Positions 28,561 to 41,357 of a stretch of 64,000 nt of DNA are shown in pieces. The stretch comes from Chrysomallon squamiferum. Taxonomy: Eukaryota > Animalia > Mollusca. Numbering within the stretch: the stretch's first letter is position 1; each line of letters starts with the position of its first letter. The stretch lies in contig CM022665.1 in assembly GCA_012295275.1 (NCBI GenBank), forward strand, positions 7,006,001-7,070,000, given 5' to 3'. The position numbers and the translations under genes are program-made. A model generated the notes under the pieces. It was given only the letters and a program-made list of their open reading frames with translations. It did no database searches and was not told the origin of the DNA.

Positions 28561-29265
28561 TTACAAATGAGTGACTAATCTTATTAGAAATGTTCTGATG
28601 GCACGTATTTTATTTAATTAGTCTAGATGAGACTAGAAGAGGAAATCAAACAAAATAACGTAACAACGAAATCAATAAAGAGATTGATCAGCTAACAAAG
28701 TGCATGTCTGATACTGTCTCAGTATGACAGCAACCAGTGCAGATATTTTGTAAAATTATTTTTATTATTATTTTTTTTTATTATTTATTTATTTATGTAT
28801 TCATTCATTTTATTTATTTATTTATTTATTTATTTATTTTTTTTTTTTTTTTTTGCCAAGTTTTAAAAATAAAAATTAAGTCAGCGCAAGACTGAAATAA
28901 TTATAAATATTATTACGTGTAGAAACAGTCGTAATATCAAAATTTAGGTGTCATCCCTAATAAAAGTTTTGAATAACAGTGACTCTAATTTCTGTTTTGA
29001 GAATTATGTGACACTTTATCCCTATTCCGTTCTAAGCACTATCTGCATGAGAAAACTGAAATCATTTCTCATATATTAAGCAGTAAATGAACGATAAGAA
29101 AGAAAGAAACAAACAAACCAAAATAAATAAAAAATAAACATTAAATTAAAATAATTAAATAATAAATTGTAAATCAAAATAAAATAAAATAAAACAATGA
29201 ATAAATAAAGAAATAAATCAAAATAAATTAAAAAAAGAAGAAATAAAATCAAAAAAGAAAATCAG

Positions 29266-29303
<38 letters not shown>

Positions 29304-29577
29304 AAAAAGATTAAAAACAAAAAAAGAAGACACATTTTCAGTCAACTCTTACAAACGATTAAGGACTCTGATTACGAGGGAGGAAACCCGTTGCTTTTAT
29401 ATAATAGATTTTTTATATATATATATATATATATAAGTAGCACCCCAGCACAAACCACACATTTTCATAAACTTTCAGGGCAATTAGAAGAGAGGAAAAT
29501 ACGCCGAGAAGAACTGTTTCAGCGCAATAATACTTTAGATTGGAACAGCAAAAAAATAAAATAAAAAAAAAAAAAAA

Positions 29578-29623
<46 letters not shown>

Positions 29624-30180
29624 TAATAAATATAATAAATAAATAAATAAATAATAATAATGAAAAGAAAGAAGACAATAATTTTGCTACCATGTTACTT
29701 TTTGTTTCTGTTATATATATAATATAACAGCATATACTAAGATTATTAACTATTGTTATTATCTTAGCTGTTAAATTTTAATTTAAAAAAAAATAAAAAC
29801 AACATTGTTCAGGTGTTTATAATTCACCAAAAAAAAGTTACATGATTGTAGGCAAAAATAATAAATTGTTTTACTTTATAAAGAAAGAATTTGCAAATTA
29901 AAACGTAAAATTCCTGCAGCATTCTGTATTAATTTTGATGTTACTTTATTTTTTTTGTTCTTTATATTAATATATCAAATAATGTTAATTCTGTATTTAA
30001 TTACATACTTTACCATGAAAACAAAACGTTAAAAATAAACAAAATAACAAACAAATAAATAAATAACACAAAAACTAAATTTCTGTTATTTCACAATCAC
30101 AAAATAAATGTTGATCCATAAAATCCGAATTATACATTGCGCCGAGAGTACAGAAAACTACATGTACAACTCTAAACCAG

Positions 30181-30199
30181 TTATCATTACTATTATTAT

Positions 30200-30257
<58 letters not shown>

Positions 30258-30660
30258 GTTACTACTACTACTACTATTGCTACTACTATTACTACTACTA
30301 CTACTAGTACTATTATTATTATTATATTGTTATATCATTAATTTTATTATTATTATAACTACTGCTACCTACTACTATTATTATTGTTATTGTTATATCA
30401 TTACTTTTATTATTATTATCACTACTACTACTACTACTACTACTATTATTATTGTTATATCATTACTTTTATTACTATTATAACTACTACTACTACTACT
30501 ACTACTATTATTATTATTGTTATTGTTATATCATTGCTTTTATTATTATAACTACTACTAGTACTACTACTACTATTATTATTATTATTATCGTTTTTGT
30601 TGTTCTTCTTCTTCTTTTTCTTACTATTACTATTATTGTCGTTGTTGTTGTTGTTATAGT
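30181..30660. repeat. (ACT/ATT)n tract with higher-order ~60-70 bp minisatellite
   Basis: Core TTGTTATATCATTRMTTTTATTA recurs four times between trinucleotide runs. Confidence 0.85.
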
Positions 30661-31712
30661 GGTTCTTGCAACGTGAGTTATGAACATTACTGAAGAGGAT
30701 CACATAGTTTCAAATAAAATATATTATTTAATATTGTTGCATTATTGATTTTATTGAATTACTCGCACTGTTTGATTTTCTGGACTCTGTTATTAGATTT
30801 CATACGTCGTATATATTTTTATGCTGCATTAATATGCCACGATTTAATAATATAATGAAATTCTCAGCTACAACAACAAAATAATAATAAATAAATAAAT
30901 AAATAAATAAATAAAGAAGAAGAAGAAGAAGAAGAAGAAGAAGAAGAAAAAAAAAAAAAGAAGAAGAAGCAGAAGAACAATAATAATAATAACAAATAAA
31001 TAAATAGATAAATAGATAAATAAATAAAATTAAGAAAAATAAAATATTTCTTAGTAAAGATACATATAGATATAAACAATTTTTTTAATCACTTCTTTAG
31101 AGATCACAATGATATGGAGAACAAAAAATTCTGCTGATTCTTGCAAAATAAAATTAAAATATTGTTTTTTAATTTTAAAAAATTCAGTATAAATATCAGG
31201 TTTATTACATCTTTCTAAAACATAAATTTTATAATTGGTCCGAATATTCTTTTGAATATCAGTTGGATAATCTTCAGACTTTTTATACAAAATATTTCAG
31301 TAATAAAATTATAAAAATCTAAAGCAATTTTTTTTTTTTTTTTTTTTTAAAGAAGTATTTTCTTTGTATCAGGATTTCGTCGCATAGATTCTTGTCATAA
31401 ACTGTAACACGTTAAAGTAAAATAGATTAATAATAATAATAATGATGATGATGATGATAATGATGCTGATGATGATAACAATAAAAACATTACATTTTAC
31501 TGATCTTGTCCATTTTGTTCTATTCTTTCAGAGAAGTTATATATAAATTGTTATACTCTGTTTGTAACATAAACTTTGGAAACTTCTTTTTAATTAAAAT
31601 TATTATAAAAAAATGGAAAATTCGCTTGACCATAGTCATTTTAAAATTATTCTTGTTTAATTACTTTTTTATTATAAAACTGATCTCGTTAAACTATTCC
31701 TAAATAATAAAA

Positions 31713-31762
31713 TGTTATTATTATTGTAATAATAATAATTATTATTATTACTGTTGTTATTA

Positions 31763-31797
<35 letters not shown>

Positions 31798-31870
31798 GTT
31801 GTTGTTGTTGTTATTATTGTTATTATTATTGTTATTATTATTATTATTAGCGTTATTATTATTATTATTG
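31713..31870. repeat. (ATT/GTT)n trinucleotide tract
   Basis: Direct reading. Confidence 0.9.
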
Positions 31871-33808
31871 GTGTTTTTGTTGTTGAGAAATCTTTTATAT
31901 CAATAAAAAAAAAAACTGCACCTATTTTTGGAACTGATACTGTAAAAATAAATAAAATGAAAACGATATACGAAAACAGTTTATTGTTTTCAGCTCTTTT
32001 GCTACAACTATAAATTAAAAAATAAAATGATTTTCTTATCTTGCAAAATAAACGACAAAATGAAACTGTATATTTGCTTACCAGCAAAATGCATTAGTAT
32101 TAGTATTAATTGTTATTCTTCGCTTTGTCAGTGTGCAAAATGTATTCAAAATATTTTATTTAAATTCGTTTATTTCCAGCTAAAAATTACCGAAATTTCA
32201 TTAATTTAATTTAATTTAAAAACATACGAATTAGTTAGATGTGCTGTATACTGTAAATATATTTATTATTTATTTTATTATTGTTGCTAATTATTATTAA
32301 TATCATTTTAAGTATATATAAAAAAAAATAATAATAATAAAATAAATTAAATTTTAAAAAAAAAATGGAAAAGAAAATTCGACTGTTTATAAATATTGTA
32401 TAAAATTGAATTCAGAGGGGAAAGACATTCTTTAAAAGCCTGTTAATATATGTATATGTATATGTATATGTATATATACGTGTGTATGTGTGTGTATGTG
32501 TGTCTGTATTATGCATGTATATAATGTCAGAAAAAAAAAAAATAATAATAATAATAACAAAACCAAAAAACACAAAAAAATCGTGGTATAAATAATAATG
32601 TTATTTACAAGAACCGACGCAAAGTGATCAAAAATCTTGCACGACGGTCGAGTATGGAAGACGAAATCTCGGCCGCATTGATCAAGTGTATGGTTCCTCA
32701 ATTTAAATATCTGGCATATCACGGAATGCCAATTCTGGCCCGATAATAGTCTCATTCTTATCTTATTAACTTTCATATAACCTCCCACGGCTTCGGTGAT
32801 CCGGTCAAAATTCAGTCTTATTCACTCTCTGTTGTCAGTATTAGTGAATTGCGTGCGGACGCCAAAGCTCGCGTGTAAAACTTTGCAGAACGTCCACTTG
32901 AAGTTACGACTGTGAAAAGGCAATGCCGAACACTTCGATCAGCTATTGCTGGCGATTGTATCGTCTGCGTAGTCCATCGAGAAGAGAACTCCCACTTCAT
33001 AATTGCTTGTCTTTCATTTAATTAAGGGTGATTAACAAACTAATTATTTTAAAATTATCGGTTTCGGTGTTTAATCAAGTTGTTCACGTCAGTAAGGCTT
33101 CGTCATAAGCAGAGTGCTTCAAACGGGCTGTTATGGAGGGAAAAAAATTCAATTATGCTGAAGAAGATCAGAGTAATTTGATATAATAACTAAGGACACG
33201 GAGAAAATGATGAAATGACAACGAAGAGGGAAATTGTTCTGTCGCTCATGTTATTTATGGTAAATGCTGGTAGTAGAAAATATACGGTACGGGACATTAA
33301 AAGACTTTCATGATTTACATGCCTCACTAATATTCGTCATATTAATCACTCTTCGTAAAATATATTTTGAACGTGAAACGTAATATGAATAAAAGCTGGC
33401 ACAAATAGACCTCTGACAGTCATTGACAAAAAAAAAAAAAAAACGTTATATCTTTGCGGGAATATTATTTTTTTTTATTTTTCTGATTTTTTTCCCAAAA
33501 GCTTTCTTTCTTTCTGTCTTGTTATGGTTAAATACATTTCTTTATTTTCACTGATCTGTTAAAATTTTAAAAAATTCAATATTATCGTTTATAATATATT
33601 TTAATTAGTTATAATCATAATATAAAGTTTGCAGTCATACACACACACACGCACATAAACATACAAACAAACCCTCACATTTAAAAAAAAAAAAAAAAAA
33701 AAAAACATGCATTTTGTTTTATCACTAACATCAAAAGAAGATAAAGGAAAAAATAAAATTATTTGAAAATCCTTTGATTAAAAATTAAACTAAAACATCA
33801 AACATTTA

Positions 33809-33856
<48 letters not shown>

Positions 33857-34952
33857 TAAAAAAAAAAAAAAAAAAAAATTGGTCTGGTTACTGTCCAGAA
33901 CTAAAAGGTAACCTATAATAAATATTCTCTAACAATACATCTAGTTAATATATCGTTTTAATGTTAACTGCGTATAATAATAATAATACTATTATTATTA
34001 TATGTATGGTACTTATAACAGCAAGTCTTTAAAAAGATAAATAATAATAAAATAAAATGTATAAATAAATAAATAAATAAATAAATAAACAAATAAATAA
34101 TAAAACCACAAACAAATTTAAAAAACAAAAATACTTCAGACTGGCATTATATTTGACCGCTAAACCCAAGTACGAAATAATCACTTACAGCGAACAATTT
34201 GCCTTTTTAAACAAAAGCTATTTTCACACATGAATTGTCAACGCTCACGAAAGTAGTCTGCACAGAAGTTTGCGTGTTGTGGGGACATAGCGGCACTTCG
34301 CGAGAGACAGGGATACACGACACGCGTCTCACTCTCTACCTCTCCATGTCTAACAAGTTGTTGACAAACCAACACGCACGTTTTCATAAAGCATTTTTCA
34401 CGTTACTAGTGCCCGATCAATAGCTTTTTAAAAATTTGTTGAAATTTTTTTTTTATTATTATTATTATTATTGAAAATCTAAAAAAAAAAAAAAAATAAA
34501 AATAAAAAAACAGGAAAAAGATCGACGAGACTATGATGATGGTGATTTATTGTATACAAGCAAATGTGATAAGACACAACCATTGTTGGTTGACATCACG
34601 AACAATAGAGTAAAGAAGAAAATGGGAGATTTAATACCGAATTTTGTGTTTTCATTTGAAATCAATGCCGTAGTTAGAAAATTAATAGTTTTAATACGGC
34701 TTAATAGAGATTTAAAAATAATTAATATAAAGCGAAATTTCATCTTTCTGTTTCTGTTTGTTTATAATAATACTTTCATCTAATTTTTACGAAAAACAAC
34801 AATGAGTGTTATTTATTTATTTGTTTGTTTGTTTGTCTGTCTGTCTGTTTGTTTGTTTGTTTATTTATTTAAATATTTTTGGTTACTTACTTATTTATTT
34901 GATTGTTTTGTGGTACGTCAGTGCATTCGTTTTTTATTTAATTGAATAGATA

Positions 34953-34994
<42 letters not shown>

Positions 34995-36761
34995 TTCCCT
35001 GAAATGTTGTTATGATGATAATTTTAAAACGAAAAAAGCAAAACAAAAAATAAATAAATAAAAAAAAACACAAAAACAAAAACAAAAAATATATTTTTGT
35101 TTTTAATAATGAACATCATTATTATCGTTTTCTTTTCTATTTTTTCTTTCCTATTTCTTTTTTCATTTACATGAAGAAGAAGAAGAAGAACAATAACAAT
35201 AACAATAACAATAACAACAGTAACAACAAGAATAATAATGATGATAATGATGTTGATGATGATAATAATTGGACCGCGATCATGATGACTGAAAATTATA
35301 CAGATTTGTAAATAACATTAGTTTAATTTATATTCTGTGAACAAGTTAAAAATTTAAAAAAAAAAAAAAAAAAAATGTCTTTTTATAATATCGCTAACTG
35401 ATCGATTTTAATTTCAGATATTTCATTTATTGTTTTCAAAATCTTGCGCTAACATAATCTGAAAAAGATATTTTTAAGTCTATTTATGTTTTTCTTTAAA
35501 CAACAATAGAGTACGGACTATAAAAATCAAATTAATTTATAAGCCTAGTTCTGGTGAACTAATCAAATTTCCCGAGTTAATCATTTAGCGAATTCTAGAG
35601 CCTCGGTAAGAATAAAAACGACAATTTCATTTCTTTTCTATTCCTCTGGAGAAATTTGCTCATACCGGTAACGAAGGTTAGATTCGTCTATTCAATTAGA
35701 TTCTCTTTGAATAAAACAACTTTATGGAATAATAATGCCTCCCCTATGCGCACTAATTCTCTGGAGACGATGAAAAATATCGACATTTTGGGCCTCAAAC
35801 ACAGATCAGCCAGAAACTGTACAGGTAGTCGCCGCTGAAATTGCCAACACATTGGTGAAATCTTTGATTGAAGCCCATTTCACCTGTACAAGCCAATCAA
35901 TCTAATTAAGGTGAAAACTCCGAGCGTCTGTTTCGGCTGGCTGGGTGCACAACACCGCGATGGAATTGCAACGAGCTAATTGAATACGTCTTGACAGGCC
36001 ATTCTATTAAAATGAATAATTTACAAATTCCACATTTCCCTTCTCGTACAATTAATTATCGCCTCGGTAATGTTTGCACTAGCTTCTATTGCAGGAAATT
36101 TACATTTTCATTCATGTATTTTTCATAAGACGAAAAACCGTTTCTATGAGTTCGTTTAATGATGTGGATGAAATGAATAAGACTTTCATTGTTATTCTGT
36201 TTTGAGAAAAATAAAAACTATCATGTCGAAAATTATTATTATTACTATTATTAATTAATTAATTAATTAATTGATTGATTAATTGATTTTTTTTATATAC
36301 ACACACATTAACATAATTATTAATAATGCTTTGTCTTATAATGCATAATGTATAATAATAATAATATTTATAGTAATAGCAGTAATATTTATTTATTTAT
36401 TGTTGTTGTTGTTTCTTTCGTTAGTTATATTTTAATAGACGGACACAAATATCTTTATTTTCTGATATATAACATTTATTTATAAACAACAATGTTACAA
36501 AATTAAAATATTTGCAAAAACATGGTTAAAAGTACCAATGCCTGAAAAAAAACATTCATTTATAAACTGGAAAGTTCTAATACTGATCGCTCAGACATAA
36601 CTTTATTTATCACCCAGAAGAAAAAACAATTATAATAGTAAAATTTAAACAACAACTAAAAAACCTTCCCGAAAAACCAAAAGACAAAAAAAACCCAACA
36701 ACATAATAATAATAGAATATTTAAAAAAAAAAAAAAAAAAAAAAAAGTAGTAGTAGTAGTA

Positions 36762-36794
<33 letters not shown>

Positions 36795-38563
36795 GTAATA
36801 GAAAAAAATGATTAGCTTTCAATGTTTACGAATGAATGTTTATTGTATTTTGTATTGTAATAATAAAGCTTTTTGTTATTAAATCGCTACTTTTGAACAT
36901 ACTCTCTTCATTAATGTTAATGACATTGGGATTTATACAATAATAGTTAATGAAATATCGTCCTTTAGGATTATTTAATGTATTAAATTAAAACACGAAA
37001 TGGAAAGAGCATGTTAGAAGATCACGAAGAACAGTGTGTACGTCCATTAGCAAATAAATAAATTTTTAGAAATCTAAGAGTAATTTATATGAATCAAGTT
37101 TTTATATATTTTTCAAAGTTCAAGGATTTAAACAATGTATCTTCTACTCCTGAGCTCGATATTGGCTTGTATATTACTGATTTTAATTGTAAGAATCTAA
37201 AACGGAACATGTTAATACATGCAAATACAAAAACACCTGATATATATTTTTTTTAATTTATACTATTACACACTCGGACAGTGTTATTAAGAATAATCTC
37301 CTAACATTAACTTAATTTTATAGTTTGTTTTAATAATATCAAGTATTTAGATTTTACTAACAGATACGGTACAGTACGATAACAATGATACTAAACAGTG
37401 TAATGCAATACTTTGTCGCGTGTAAATGAGATTCACACACGTAATAGATTTATTTTTCAAACAATGAGTATAAAACTGTCGTAATTATTGCTGTTGATTT
37501 TCTAGTTTAATTTTACCGTTGGCGCACATCTACACAATATGTAAGAAGAACCTTACAGTTTTGTAAGTGAGACTTTTCTAGAGAGAAACGGTCATTGTTG
37601 TGGACTGATAATGAATACAGGAGTGAGCGAGCGAGAAAACGGGTAAGCCAATAGGCGAGTGTATGAGTAAATGGATGGATTATCGGGTGGACTTCAGAAT
37701 GAATGAATAAATGAATGATCGAACGAAAGACCGGATACACTTATTGTCTAACTTGATGAAGAACTGTGAAGATAGCTTAGACGTGAATACATGCTGAATA
37801 ATGCTGATTTCATCTTATCCTCAAAATGTGCAACAGTTCAAATGCAACTTGGGTGCAAAACTTGTACCCTCTGATAAATCCTGCAATTTAATACCTACTA
37901 TTTTGACAGCTGATTTGCTGTCATTTGGTTTAAAGAACCGATGGGTCAAATGCGATATGGTTTTTCAGCATTGGGGGCGCTATGTATAACAAACGTTGCG
38001 ATAATAAATCAACTGTTTTTCTTTATCACCTGACAGATGATATTGGATAATCTTTTGTCGAACTCACAGAAAAGTTATCAAGTCATGGCGAGAATCCCCC
38101 CTTCGTAATTTTCGTCCATGAAAATCAGTCACTGTTACTAACTGTCATACATCGAGTGAATCGAAGCTTGGGTGTTGAGGTCAAGATGGTTGCAGATTGC
38201 TCAACGAAATGAAAACAGAAATATTTGGAATGACCTCACAGTAGAAAAGTTCGTAACTTCTCCTATTTCGTCTGCTCAGATTTCAGGCAAATTTAGGTCA
38301 GCGAGGACTGTTGGGATTGGTAAAAGATGGCAGTCCAGGTGGAATGTTTAACTGCACAAAACGCGCGTGCCCCACGGTGCTGTAATGATTAGAAGGTAAA
38401 ACAGATAAATGAATTTGATTCATTTTATCATTAAACATTTATTAACGCAAGAAAATTTATTTATTAGCCACCATATCTGAAATAAAATCTGCCACTGGTT
38501 TCGATCGGTTTCTCTCTCTTTTTTGTTTTTCGTTCTGCTAATAAGGTGTTTTTGTTGTTGTTG

Positions 38564-38594
<31 letters not shown>

Positions 38595-39083
38595 AGTTAA
38601 TATTTATAATCATTATTGGGGTTTTATTTTTTTTATTTTTTTATTTTTATGATGTGTATGCGCGCGTGCGTTTTGTTTTTATGAAATTAAATAGAAAACG
38701 CATGCATTAATTCAACTGATGGTAGTAACAATTATCCATTTAATCGAATTTCACATTTTTCTAATAACAAAGAATAATTATTCATTTTGAGTACAGAAAA
38801 TATATTTATAACATATCAATGTTAATCAGAACATCAGTCAAACGTATAGGTTACTAAATTAACTTTATGTTTAATGTAAGTTCTAAAAGGTTATCCAGAC
38901 GATATAATTAGACAGAGTTTGGTATTCTACGTCACAATAGTAACACATATATATACCAGATGAGATCAGGTGGCGAATACAAATCATCACGCATAGTTCA
39001 TAATCATAGAATTAAATAATAATTTCAACAACAACAAAAAGCCCAGCGACAACAGCAACAGCAGTAATAAATAAATACATGAA

Positions 39084-39122
<39 letters not shown>

Positions 39123-39592
39123 AATGAATCACCAAGCAAAGCAGAATAAAACGTAAAGTGAAAAAATTGGGATTATATCTAACACATATGCATAAATTCA
39201 GGAATAAACTAACCTTAATACAAAAAAATAAATAAATAAAAAGAATTTAAAAAACCCCAGCAAAAAAAAAAAAACACACACACACACACACACCCAAACA
39301 ACAACAATAACAACAAAATAATAAAAAATTTTTTTTTTTTTTTAAACGTAAATGCTACAGAGTCTCAGTATGAAATTAGTTAAAACATTCTTTTTAAATA
39401 TCAGAAGATACACAATTTGTTTATAGTGGTGCAGGAAAAAAACAAAAATAAAAATATCTGAGTAAAACATACGCTGTTTTGGTTTTTTTTTTTACCCTTC
39501 CATATAAATAAAATTTAGAATAATTTAAAAAAAAAAAAAAAAAAAGAAATATGATATCACACGTTCTGGGCCGTGAAACGGTAAATTACACG

Positions 39593-39646
<54 letters not shown>

Positions 39647-40807
39647 TATATATATATAAAATTTTCTCTAATTTTTGCTCTCGTACTTTTACACTCATTT
39701 TTCAGTTGATGGTGAAATAATCAGCCAAAGTTGACAGAGTTGTTTCCCTTATATAAGAAGACTTACCCAGTAATATTAATTTCATTATTTCATCATGCAA
39801 AGAGTCAAAATGTATTCACAAAACTCCTAATTTGCAGAAAAAAACTGTTAACTCCTATTTTTTCCCTCCTGATTCTGATGTCAACACATATCAGGCCACA
39901 ATCTACGCCAAAATAGGAATATTAAACCTCTCTAGCAAAATCTTTTGAATTAAAGAAAAGATGAGAAAAAGTTGTCGAAACCCACCAAGATCACTGAAAC
40001 GGATCCCTGTAGGGGGAATGTTTACCCGATTTCTATTTACCACTGATTTTTATACAGGGCCACAGTAAACTGTAATGATACACATGAAGTCAGCTACGTT
40101 TTGTATTTATATGAAAAGCTTCCGTGCCATGGTTTTCTAAAAATGCTGCAGGACATGTCACTGCTGCTGATGATTTAGGCAGGTTGTTTGGCTTCAGTTT
40201 GACTGTTACTAGGTGAAACATTCACGTTAGAATAATTGCAGGTTGCAGCAAGACAATGGATACATTCGTAAATCCTTGGTAGTTTCAGTATAATTTTAAA
40301 TGTCAGTGAAACTTCAGTTAAGTCATCAAAACCACATCGTGACATTGATAGTGCATTAAACGTTTTTTTTTTTTTTTTTATCATAACAGCAGTGAACGAG
40401 ATACAATTTCATTTTATGTCAGCAGACAAAATGTAACATTCATTACTGTAAAATCCGACACACACAATTACGTTATAATTTTCCTTGTACTTTTAGTTTC
40501 AGCTTAAATTATAACTGGTTGTCTTCTATAGCCATTTCATTCTTATTCCAAGCGGAAATACTTGTTTATACAGTTTAAAGATTTCAGACAATTTTGAAAT
40601 AAAGTTTATCGATATCTCAACAAGTTTATTTTAGAAGTAATATCAACCCTGAAATATTATCTTTACAATAAAAAAATAAATATCGTTAACTCCTTCGATA
40701 AAAATAAATGAATAACAAATATTTAAAAACAAATAACAGATACAAGATGCTATATAAAATTTGTTAATAAATTTTATTACTTATTTTATATTTATTAATC
40801 GTTATTT

Positions 40808-40844
<37 letters not shown>

Positions 40845-40934
40845 TGTTTTGATATGTATAAACCATTTCATTAGAGATATAAATATTTATCTTTTACATT
40901 ATAATTCGTTTCGGTATAAATAGGTATAACGATT

Positions 40935-41010
40935 TTTAAGCGCGCACTGGTCTATGACGTCAGCGTATGTGCGATCAGAGTCTTGTGACAATTTTGTAAT
41001 ATATAAACAA
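40935..41010 (+). promoter_or_regulatory. Putative IST1 promoter: palindromic CRE and TATA-like box in a CpG-rich patch
   Basis: TGACGTCA at 40955-40962 and TATATAAA at 41000-41007, about 80-135 nt upstream of the ATG; CpG density falls off within intron 1. Confidence 0.55.
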
Positions 41011-41088
41011 GTTCATTGATTCATATTCACGATCTAACAGCAGTATAAAGGTAAAAAACATAGTTTACACAGCACACAGAAGAGAAAA

Positions 41089-41357
41089 ATGTTTAAAAGT
41101 AGTTGTAATTACAGTAAACTGAAAACCAACCTCCGTTTGGTAATCAACCGCTTAAAACTACTGGAGAAGAAAAAAACGGAGCTGGCATTGAAAGCGAGAA
41201 AAGAAATAGCGGATTACATTTCCGCTGGAAAAGAAGATAGAGCAAGAATACGCGTGGAACATATCATAAGAGAAGATTATTTGGTTGAAGCTATGGAACT
41301 TCTGGAAATGTACTGCGATTTATTACTAGCAAGATTTGGATTGATACAAACACAAAA
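41089..41357 (+). CDS. IST1: IST1 coding exon 1
   Basis: ATG at 41089; donor AA|gtaagt. Confidence 0.95.

Larger units (their letters stand above)
8950..40900. promoter_or_regulatory. Gene-free, CpG-retaining intergenic domain with enhancer-like islands
   Basis: No credible ORF or exon chain found. Complex CpG-containing blocks of a few hundred bp (near 14.0, 16.3, 17.7, 19.0, 22.1, 24.3, 25.7, 26.7, 28.0, 32.9, 34.3, 35.9, 38.1 and 40.1 kb) are separated by simple repeats. Confidence 0.5.

Noticed and set aside
10580-40384. Dozens of 60-140 aa ORFs in the intergenic region (poly-I/L/Y/K/T/N, SLSLSL)
   Set aside because: They are translations of microsatellites or chance ORFs, often with non-ATG starts, no recognisable domain and no consistent exon chain.
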